From Verrucomicrobiota bacterium (GTDB lineage: Bacteria; Verrucomicrobiota; Verrucomicrobiia; Verrucomicrobiales; JBCCJK01): DNA of 64,000 bases. Below are positions 56,922 to 64,000 of this stretch, piece after piece; position 1 is the first letter of the stretch, and each line of letters opens with the position of its first letter. The position numbers and the translations under genes were made by a program. The DNA lies in contig JBCCJK010000002.1 of the NCBI GenBank assembly GCA_039027815.1, forward strand, positions 25,610 to 89,609, written 5' to 3'. The notes under the pieces are model-generated. The model saw only the letters and a program-made list of their open reading frames with translations. It made no database searches and had not been told where the DNA came from.

Positions 56922-57067
56922 TTCGGTGGAGACGGTGGAGCAGGTTTTCCGGGTGCCAAACGACAAATCTCCTTTCCTGCTCTCTTCCTTGGACTGGGCC
57001 AAGAGCGGAGTCGCGCTCGGGGAGACGGTCGCTTGACGGAGAAGGGGGCCAAGCGTAGCGCCGCTGG

Positions 57068-58063
57068 ATGGCGGCTGCTGCGGAATTCCCTCCTCCTCCT
57101 CCTCCTTCCGAGGGCCCGCCTTGGGCGGTCGAGCTGCGAGATCTGCGAGTCGATTACGGGGAGACTCTGGCGGTCAATGATCTCACCCTTCAGATCCGGC
57201 GGGGCGAGGTCTTCGGGCTGGTCGGTCCGAATGGGGCCGGGAAGACGAGCACCTTCAAAGTGCTCGCGACCCTGCTGGAGCCGACCTACGGGGAGGTGCG
57301 GATCGGGGGGCTGGACTTGGCCGAGGAACCGTCAGCGGTTCGCAGTCGCTTAGGCTACATGCCCGATCTCGCACCCGTCCCGAGCGACTTGCGGGTCTGG
57401 GAATTTCTCGATTTCTTCGGAGCGGCCCACGGGCTTTCCTCTCAGGAGAGAGCGGAGCGCAGCGAGGAGTCTCTCCAAGCGGTCCGCCTGACCGAAAAAC
57501 GCCAGGCGAAGTGCTCGGACCTTTCTCGAGGGATGAAGCAGCGACTGGTGCTGGCCAAGGTCATGCTGCATCGGCCAGAGCTGCTCATTCTGGACGAGCC
57601 GGCCAGTGGCATGGATCCCTTGTCCCGCCTGGCTTTGCGGGAATCCCTCCAGGCCTGGGCCAAGGAGGGGCGTGCGGTCGTGGTCAGTTCTCACATCCTG
57701 GGCGAGCTGTCTGAGATGTGCACCCGGATTGGGGTGCTGCATCAAGGAGCGCTCTTGGCGGAGGGACCAGTCGATGAGGTGGCCAATCGCTTGGCAGGCC
57801 AAGGCCGGAAGATCCGCGTGCGCTTTTTGCCGGGGCCGAGGGCGGGGGAGCGGATGGCTTCGCTTGTGCAAGAGGACCCTGCGGTGACCGGTTTGGAGCT
57901 AGAGGAGGGCGAGGCGATTTTTTTCTACGCCGGCCAGGCAGAGGAGCAGGTCGCGCTTCTGAGACGCTTGGTCGAGGGGGGGCTGCAGGTGGAGAGTTTC
58001 GCCGAGGAGCGGGCTCGCTTGGAGGAGGCCCTGGTGAGCTTGGATGGGGGGGAGCAGGAGTGA
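57068..58063 (+). CDS. ABC transporter ATP-binding protein (ABC-2/DrrA-like)
   Basis: Walker A GPNGAGKTS, signature LSRGMKQR, Walker B LLILDEPASGMD. Confidence 0.85.
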   Translation: MAAAAEFPPPPPPSEGPPWAVELRDLRVDYGETLAVNDLTLQIRRGEVFGLVGPNGAGKTSTFKVLATLLEPTYGEVRIGGLDLAEEPSAVRSRLGYMPDLAPVPSDLRVWEFLDFFGAAHGLSSQERAERSEESLQAVRLTEKRQAKCSDLSRGMKQRLVLAKVMLHRPELLILDEPASGMDPLSRLALRESLQAWAKEGRAVVVSSHILGELSEMCTRIGVLHQGALLAEGPVDEVANRLAGQGRKIRVRFLPGPRAGERMASLVQEDPAVTGLELEEGEAIFFYAGQAEEQVALLRRLVEGGLQVESFAEERARLEEALVSLDGGEQE

Positions 58064-59724
58064 GAGAGGGGACCTGGTGGAAGAATCCGATTTTTCGGCG
58101 CTATGTCCGCTCGCGCTTGCGCTGGCAGTCTTTTTTCAGCTGGGGGCTGGTCATGCTGCTGCTGACGGGCTTTGTCTATCTGCTGTCCTTTCTTTTGACG
58201 CGGGAGCGCTTGCTTTCGGCCGGGATGGGGGAGGCGCTCGCCCAGCGGGAGGGCTTCCGGGCCACCCTTCTTCCCCTGCTGGTGGTGCAGGGAATCATGC
58301 TGCTGCTGATGGGCACGGGGGCGGTGGCGTCCGGCATTGGCCGGGAGAGAGAGGAGGGCATGGTGGACTACCAACGCCTGACGCCTCTTTCCCCCGCGAC
58401 CAAGGCCTTGGGCTACCTCTTTGGCCTGCCGGTGCGCGAGTATGCCTTCTTCCTGCTGACGGTGCCCTTTTTGGTGGCCACCGCGGTGGGCGGAGCCATC
58501 CCCTTGGGTGCTTTGCTGCGCGTTTACAGCGTCTTTTTCGCTTCGGCCTGTCTTTATCACCTCACGGGGTTGGTGGCGGGTTTGGTTTTGAAGCGCTCGG
58601 CCATGGCGGCTCGGGGAACGCAATTCCTGGTGGTGGTTCTGTATCTCCTGATGCCGCGTTTTTCCGATTTGGGGATTTCTTTTTTTGAGTACCTCACGGT
58701 CCGGCCGGTGGCCCTGGCCGAGTTCCAATCCTTGCTCGATTTCGATCTGGGAGACGGGGACGCGGTTTGGTTGCAGGGGGTGCCGCTTTTCCATCTGGAA
58801 GTGGAGCAGGCGGTTTTTTCCTTGCTGCTGCAGACGGGCTTGGCGGTGGTGTTGTTTGCCATCGTGCGGCGGCGCTGGGCCCGGCAGGCAGGCTTGCTTC
58901 TCGGTAAGAACTTCGCGCTGGGGGCGTTCTCGGCCATGCTGCTGCTCTTGGTCGGCCATCTCATCCCGATGGTGCGAAGCGAAGCCCTCTTCGAGCTGCG
59001 CTCCGCTTCTTGGTGGCGCACGACCTCGGGGTGGGGGGCCTTGGGGCAGACGGCCCTGATCGGCTTGGTGGCTTTGGCGTCCTTCGGCATGCTGGTGACG
59101 GTGGTGGGAGGGCTGCTCACGCTGGCCATTACCCCCGGCCGGGAAATGATCCTGCGCGGTCTCCGCCGGGCTCGCAAGCGTTCGCTGAAACGGCTGTCGC
59201 TTTCGGCCGATGAGTCCCCGAGTGGGCTCTATGTGCTGGGAATCGTTGGGCTGGTATCGCTGGCCTGGTGGCTGCTGGCCCGCGAGCTGAGCGGGCTGCC
59301 ACGGATGGCGGAGGCCCTGCCTTCTGGGACGCCTTTTTGGTCCTATCTTCTGGTGCCGATTTTGGCCATCGGGCTGGCGCATTGGACGTGGGAGTGCTTC
59401 GGCCCGCGAGGCTTGTTTGTTCTGGTGGTGCCGGGCTGGATTCTCCCCCCGATGGTGGGGGTGATCTTGATTTCGGCCCAGCTGATCGAGCCCCAGGCGG
59501 TCTATCTCCTGGCGTGGAATCCGGTGACGCTTTGCTTCTTCCAAGTGTTCCGGGAGATGAGGGTGCCGGATACCTTGCCCTTGGCCCCCGCGTATTGGCT
59601 TTCCTTGGCAGGGCATGGCTTGGCTTGGGGCTGCTTGGGCTGGTGGCGAGGGAAGATGAGTCGGCGTTTGCAGCAAGCGGTGGCCAGCAACGAGCGGGTT
59701 TCCTTTCCTCAGGAGTTCACTTGA
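58060..59724 (+). CDS. Large polytopic membrane protein, presumed permease partner of the ABC ATPase
   Basis: 4-nt overlap with the ATPase gene. More than 10 hydrophobic segments. I recognise no family motif. Confidence 0.5.
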   Translation: MREGTWWKNPIFRRYVRSRLRWQSFFSWGLVMLLLTGFVYLLSFLLTRERLLSAGMGEALAQREGFRATLLPLLVVQGIMLLLMGTGAVASGIGREREEGMVDYQRLTPLSPATKALGYLFGLPVREYAFFLLTVPFLVATAVGGAIPLGALLRVYSVFFASACLYHLTGLVAGLVLKRSAMAARGTQFLVVVLYLLMPRFSDLGISFFEYLTVRPVALAEFQSLLDFDLGDGDAVWLQGVPLFHLEVEQAVFSLLLQTGLAVVLFAIVRRRWARQAGLLLGKNFALGAFSAMLLLLVGHLIPMVRSEALFELRSASWWRTTSGWGALGQTALIGLVALASFGMLVTVVGGLLTLAITPGREMILRGLRRARKRSLKRLSLSADESPSGLYVLGIVGLVSLAWWLLARELSGLPRMAEALPSGTPFWSYLLVPILAIGLAHWTWECFGPRGLFVLVVPGWILPPMVGVILISAQLIEPQAVYLLAWNPVTLCFFQVFREMRVPDTLPLAPAYWLSLAGHGLAWGCLGWWRGKMSRRLQQAVASNERVSFPQEFT

Positions 59725-59753
59725 CCTCCCGGTGAGATGACGTTGAAGGAGGC

Positions 59754-61151
59754 ATGGCCGATTTCACTCCCATCGCCGAAAAAATGCGCCGAGCTGGTTT
59801 GGGCGAGCCCGTGATTCGCTCCTTCGAGCGCAACTACCAGGCGCTGGTGGCCGGTTCCAGCACGGACATTCCCGAGGCCAGCATTCGCCCAGCGGTCGAT
59901 CTTCCTCGTGCGGACCAGTTGCCCGAAGGCGATGACTCGCTGCTTTCCCAAGCGGTCGTGATCAAACTGAACGGCGGTCTGGGCACGAGTATGGGGCTTT
60001 CAAAGGCCAAGTCTCTTTTGGAGGTGCGGGATGGGCAATCGTTTCTCGATCTGATCGCGAAGCAGGTCGCCTGGCGGCGGGCCCAGGGGGCGCCCACCCT
60101 GCGGTTTCTGCTCATGAACAGTTTTTCGACGAGCGAGGACTCCCGGGCGGCGCTGGCCAAGCATCCCGAGCTGGGCCCCCCAGAGGAGCTGGAGTTTGTC
60201 CAAAACAAGGTCCCCAAGCTCTCGGCCTCTGATTTTTCGGCGGCCCAATGGGCGGCCCAACCGGAACTGGAATGGTGCCCGCCCGGCCACGGGGATCTCT
60301 ACCTGGCCTTGGCTGGTTCCGGGAAGCTGGCGGCGCTTTTGGCTGAGGGCGTGAAGTATGCGTTCATTTCCAATGCGGACAATCTGGGGGCGTGGCCGGA
60401 TCCGGCCATTCTTCGCCATTTCGCCGAGAGCGAGAGTTCGTTTCTGATGGAGGTGACGCGGCGGACCGAGAGCGATAAGAAAGGAGGGCACTTGGCAGTG
60501 CGGGTGGCGGATGAGCAGCTGGTGCTGCGGGAGGTGGCGCAGTGTCCGGAGGAGGACCTCGAGCGCTTCCAAGACATTGCCAGACACCGCTTTTTCAATA
60601 CCAACAATCTCTGGGTTCGGCTGGATCGCCTACAAGAGGCGCTCGAAGCCAACGACGGGATCTTTCCCCTGCCGTGCATTCGCAACCAAAAGACGGTCGA
60701 TCCACGAGAGGGCGATTCCCCAGCGGTCTTCCAGCTGGAAACGGCCATGGGGGCGGCGGTCGAGTGCTTTGGCGACGCCACGGCCCTGGAGGTGCCCCGC
60801 TCTCGTTTCGCCCCGGTCAAGCTGACCTCCGATCTGCTGGCGCTGCGCTCGGACGCCTTTCAAGTGACGGAGGACTTTCGGTTGGAGTTGGTGGCCGAGC
60901 GAGAGGGCCAGCCTCCTTTCATCGAGCTAGATAAGAAGCACTACAAGCTAGTGGAAGGCTTGGACGCTCTTTTGGCGACCGGTGTCCCCTCCTTGGCGGC
61001 TTGCCAACGGCTTTCGGTGCAAGGGCCGGCCCGCTTTGCCGAGGGGGTCCGTTGTCAGGGTGAGGTGACCTTTGAGAATCCGGGGGACGAGGTGGCCGTG
61101 ATTCCGGCGGGGACCTATCAGGATGAGAAGGTTTCGCTTTCTGGTTCCTGA
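59754..61151 (+). CDS. UTP--glucose-1-phosphate uridylyltransferase of the eukaryote-type UDPGP family
   Basis: VIKLNGGLGTSMGLSKAKSLLEVRDGQSFLDL, LLMNSFSTSEDS, PPGHGDLY and ISNADNLGA are collinear with eukaryotic UGPase and unlike GalU. Confidence 0.85.
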   Translation: MADFTPIAEKMRRAGLGEPVIRSFERNYQALVAGSSTDIPEASIRPAVDLPRADQLPEGDDSLLSQAVVIKLNGGLGTSMGLSKAKSLLEVRDGQSFLDLIAKQVAWRRAQGAPTLRFLLMNSFSTSEDSRAALAKHPELGPPEELEFVQNKVPKLSASDFSAAQWAAQPELEWCPPGHGDLYLALAGSGKLAALLAEGVKYAFISNADNLGAWPDPAILRHFAESESSFLMEVTRRTESDKKGGHLAVRVADEQLVLREVAQCPEEDLERFQDIARHRFFNTNNLWVRLDRLQEALEANDGIFPLPCIRNQKTVDPREGDSPAVFQLETAMGAAVECFGDATALEVPRSRFAPVKLTSDLLALRSDAFQVTEDFRLELVAEREGQPPFIELDKKHYKLVEGLDALLATGVPSLAACQRLSVQGPARFAEGVRCQGEVTFENPGDEVAVIPAGTYQDEKVSLSGS

Positions 61152-61170
61152 TCGCTCGAGAGGCCGCCTC

Positions 61171-61376
61171 ATACCAAGCTCCAGAATTCACTGTTAGAAT
61201 GGAGGGAAGGTGTTGTGGGGAAGAGGCGCTGAAGCGCGGGGAAGGAAGAGCCGGTGTCTTTCGAGCCAGCCCTGCGTTGCTCCTCGGTTACGGTGCCTGT
61301 ACCGCGCCCTCGTGGCGCCTTGGTCTGGCCCGAAATCCACTCGGCCATTCTACCAGCCAATTCTGCAGCTTGGTAT
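61171..61376 (+). repeat. 206-bp MITE-like repeat, copy 4 (first unit of a tandem dimer)
   Basis: Same termini and length. Separated from copy 5 by a single C (61377). Confidence 0.85.
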
Positions 61377-61377
61377 C

Positions 61378-61583
61378 ATACCAAGCTTCAGAATTCACTG
61401 GTAGAATGGAGGAAAGGTGTTGTGGGGAAGAGGCGCTGAAGCGCGGGGAAGGGAGAGCCGGTGTCTTTCGAGCCAGCCCAGCGTTGCTTCTCGGTTACGG
61501 TGCCTGCACCGCGCCCTCGTCGCGCCTTGGTCTGGCCCGAAATCCACTCGGCCATTCTACCAGCCAATTCTGGACCTTGGTAT
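61378..61583 (+). repeat. 206-bp MITE-like repeat, copy 5 (second unit of a tandem dimer)
   Basis: Same length. The 3' terminus carries substitutions (ttctggaccttggtat). Confidence 0.85.
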
Positions 61584-61631
61584 AACGCATCGTGTTCCCG
61601 TGACAGGTCAGGGGAGCAATCTCTCCAAAGT

Positions 61632-62399
61632 TTACTGCGGGTTGACCGGGGTTTGCGTGTTCGGGTTCGGCTGTTCGAACTCAAAGCCATTCCCAAATCC
61701 TCCGGGAAAGAGTGGGAAGAATGGGCCGAAGCCCAAGGGAGTGGGAGCGGGGGTCTCCGGGCCCGCTTCTTGAGGAGTCGGGATCAGGGTCTTGGGTCCT
61801 TTGGGCGAGCTTTTGAAGCCGTTTTTGCCCCCGGTTGTGATGGCGCTCGGGTCATTGCCTAAGATGCGCGTGATGGCACCCCGAATTTCCGCCTCCGCGT
61901 AGGGCGCGTTGCGAATGGCGCAGGCCTGGATGACGGGGGCCTGTGTGGGGTAGGCCGAGACGGCAGCCGCCACGATTTCACTCACGATTTCGGCCGAACC
62001 TTCTACCGAGACGATGGCCGTGCTCACGATCTCGCAGGCATACTGGGGAAACTGCAGCATGTAATCCTCGACGATGTTGAGAAGCATCCCAGGGGCGCGT
62101 TCGATGTCGTCCTCCACCTTTTTTGAAAGTTCGAGGGCATCCTCGGGTTGGTGGGCTTGCATGGCCGTCGGGATGAGCACCCGGTCGCCCGCTTCGGCGG
62201 CCAGCACGGTGGGCTCTTGGTCGACGGCGGCCGCAGCAATCGTCACTTGAGAAACTGCTGCTCCCAGGAGGGAATTCGTTTCCTGAGAAGCGCCCATGGC
62301 AGTGGGGACCAGGAGGCGATCGCCCGGCTCGATGGCCAAAGCAGGAAGGCTCAAGACCACGAGGGCGAGAGGGATCAAAGTGAGAGGAGCGTTCTTCAT
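61632..62399 (-). CDS. Hypothetical secreted protein with an internal duplicated motif and a Gly/Phe/Pro-rich tail
   Basis: ATG 62399 (MKNAPLTLIPLALVVLSLPALA signal peptide). GDRLLVPTAMGA / GDRVLIPTAMQA repeat. Tail GFGPFFPLFPGGFGNGFEFE. Confidence 0.5.
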   Translation of the reverse strand: MKNAPLTLIPLALVVLSLPALAIEPGDRLLVPTAMGASQETNSLLGAAVSQVTIAAAAVDQEPTVLAAEAGDRVLIPTAMQAHQPEDALELSKKVEDDIERAPGMLLNIVEDYMLQFPQYACEIVSTAIVSVEGSAEIVSEIVAAAVSAYPTQAPVIQACAIRNAPYAEAEIRGAITRILGNDPSAITTGGKNGFKSSPKGPKTLIPTPQEAGPETPAPTPLGFGPFFPLFPGGFGNGFEFEQPNPNTQTPVNPQ

Positions 62400-62632
62400 G
62401 ACTTTGCGTGTTGGGAATGAGAATAACCGATCCCGTGAGGATTGGTCAATCCAAAATTTATAGAAATTCAGAAAAAGAACAGATAATTCTATCAAAAATG
62501 AGAATATTGGGCAGGGAGGGAGAGTCGACGAGGGGGAACTTCCCGGGGGGCGTTTCCGTTCTGAGATTTTTTCTATCGGTCTGGCCTTGGTCTGATATGT
62601 TCGGCCACCTTTTTTCCCGAGCCTTCTTAGCA

Positions 62633-63520
62633 ATGATTTCCCAACCTGTGCGGACTGTCCTTCTCATCGCTCTCTCGATCTTTCCCCTTCTCTCCCTGGG
62701 CGGTTGTCGAGGACGGGGCGGCAGCGATGGTCCGGCGGTCATTGTGAGCGATGAGAGCAAGCCGGACGGTCAGGGGCGGAATTCGAATGCCCGGGCCCGA
62801 CGCGCCATTGAGTATGATGGCCCGGTCCGCAGGAATCCCGACATCGTGGTGCGGGGCAATTACACCCCCGATGGCAGGCAGATCACGTGGTCGCGAGCCA
62901 ATGTCCCCGGGCCCTTCGTGGCCTTGACTTTCGACGATGGTCCGCATCCCACGAATACCCCGCGTCTCTTGGACATTCTGAAGCGACGCAACATCACGGC
63001 GACCTTTTTTGTGGTTGGCTCGAACACCAACGCCTACCCGGGCATCATCCGGCGGATGGTGGCGGAGGGCCACGAGGTGGCCAACCACACGGTCAACCAT
63101 CCCAATCTGACCCAGCTCTCCCAGAACGGGGTGCGCCGGGAACTCGATGGATCGCGCGACGCCATCCAACGAGCCTGCGGGGTGACCCCCACTCTGATGC
63201 GACCGCCTTACGGCGCGCTTTCCCGCTACCAGCGAGCCTGGATCATGGAGGAGTATCGCTACCCCACCATTTTGTGGGACGTGGACCCGCGGGACTGGAC
63301 GCGACCTGGCGCGGCCGTGGTGGCGGACCGCATTGTCAAGGGCACCCGCAATGGCTCGATCATCCTGGCCCATGACATCCACGCTCCCACCATCGATGCC
63401 ATGCCTTCGACCTTGGACCGATTGCTCGGGAAGGGGTTTCGCTTCGTCACGGTCTCGGAGCTTTTGGCCTTGCATCAAGCGAGCGCTCCCACTCCCGAGG
63501 CGACCGGGACCGAGGAGTAA
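62633..63520 (+). CDS. Polysaccharide deacetylase (NodB homology domain) lipoprotein
   Basis: Lipobox LLSLGGC. NodB motifs TFDDGP, HEVANHTVNHP, MRPPYG, ILAHD. Confidence 0.85.
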   Translation: MISQPVRTVLLIALSIFPLLSLGGCRGRGGSDGPAVIVSDESKPDGQGRNSNARARRAIEYDGPVRRNPDIVVRGNYTPDGRQITWSRANVPGPFVALTFDDGPHPTNTPRLLDILKRRNITATFFVVGSNTNAYPGIIRRMVAEGHEVANHTVNHPNLTQLSQNGVRRELDGSRDAIQRACGVTPTLMRPPYGALSRYQRAWIMEEYRYPTILWDVDPRDWTRPGAAVVADRIVKGTRNGSIILAHDIHAPTIDAMPSTLDRLLGKGFRFVTVSELLALHQASAPTPEATGTEE

Positions 63521-63582
63521 GCCGACCCGCCTGGCGCCCGCGGATGAGGCTGGCGTGATCCCACCCCGAGTTTGACTTTTTC

Positions 63583-64000
63583 ATGACGCCGCCTGCCCCG
63601 CCTGCTGATACGGATCGTGCCCCTCAGGAGGAGAAACCCGTGAGCAAGAGGCGAACGCTTCTCAGGCGGACGTGCAGCACGCTGGTGCTCTGGGCGCTCG
63701 TGACGGTGGCGCTCTTATTGAGTGAAGGCTGGCTCTTTTTCCTGATCTTGGGAGGCATTTCTTTGCTGGGCTTGTGGGAGTATCTTTTGATGCTCGGCCC
63801 CCAGGTGCCGTCTCCCCTGCGGGTCTTCTCTTTTTTGAGTGGCCTACTCTACCTGGGAGCGATGTATGCCTGGCTCCATCTCACGGGGGACCCGGTCGTG
63901 GGACAGCTCGATACCGGGATGTTGGTGCTCCTGATGATCGGCGCCTTCATTTTCCAATTGAGCGGCCGCTTCCGGGAGGAGCGGTCCATTTGGGATGTCA
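63583..64000 (+). CDS. Phosphatidate cytidylyltransferase-like membrane protein, 3'-partial (runs off the window)
   Basis: ATG 63583 opens a frame to the window end. Basic N-terminus (KRRTLLRR), then TM helices with a ..LGLWEY.. pattern typical of the CdsA N-terminal region. The catalytic C-terminal part is not visible. Confidence 0.45.
   Translation, partial: MTPPAPPADTDRAPQEEKPVSKRRTLLRRTCSTLVLWALVTVALLLSEGWLFFLILGGISLLGLWEYLLMLGPQVPSPLRVFSFLSGLLYLGAMYAWLHLTGDPVVGQLDTGMLVLLMIGAFIFQLSGRFREERSIWDV

Noticed and set aside
61171-61583. Possible CRISPR-like or satellite array, because two repeat units are adjacent.
   Set aside because: There are only two units, each 206 bp, separated by 1 nt with no spacers. 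The same unit occurs singly elsewhere. This is a tandem insertion of a dispersed element, not a CRISPR array.
62500-62560. A G-run and near-palindrome, gggggaacttcccgggggg, in the AT-rich divergent promoter region.
   Set aside because: The half-sites are only 5 bp with a 1-nt spacer. There is no second copy and no associated regulator gene, so it could easily arise by chance.

Overview
GC-rich bacterial chromosomal window, densely coding on both strands. The gene content (arylsulfatases, DUF1080 proteins, an RRM RNA-binding protein, an ECF sigma module, a eukaryote-type UGPase) suggests a Verrucomicrobiota/PVC-like organism; this is inference only. Most of the window is housekeeping or ordinary accessory genes: fabF, glmM, gpmI, pgi, glnD, an M3 peptidase next to an Opp-type peptide ABC importer, an OmpR/histidine-kinase pair, VapBC, and a sulfatase/DUF1080 cluster. 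Four things stand out. (1) At 31.5-41.0 kb there is a seven-gene same-strand block: orphan class-I HMG-CoA reductase, UbiA-like prenyltransferase, rifampin-phosphotransferase-like PEP-utilising enzyme, BtaA-like SAM ACP-transferase, polyprenol-kinase-like membrane fusion, GNAT-like acyltransferase, AMP-dependent ligase. Five consecutive junctions have 4-8 nt start/stop overlaps. Codon usage is visibly different from the flanks (G/T-ending versus C-ending), and a decayed cutA pseudogene sits on the left edge. I cannot match this enzyme set to a characterised pathway, and it is my best candidate for an undescribed lipid or isoprenoid-like biosynthetic system. (2) A 206-bp MITE-like repeat with about 32-bp imperfect terminal inverted repeats occurs five times, always exactly 206 bp and always in the same orientation, including one tandem dimer. 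All copies lie in intergenic gaps beside gene ends, and there is also a 23-bp collapsed relic. (3) An MglA-type Ras-like GTPase flanked by two Roadblock/LC7 proteins sits directly upstream of an ExbB/ExbD/TonB-like motor set. (4) A membrane-anchored ParA-like ATPase is paired with a lysine-rich partner. No rRNA, tRNA, CRISPR array, transposase or integrase was recognised. Every call comes from reading the translations and the DNA by eye; no searches were run.
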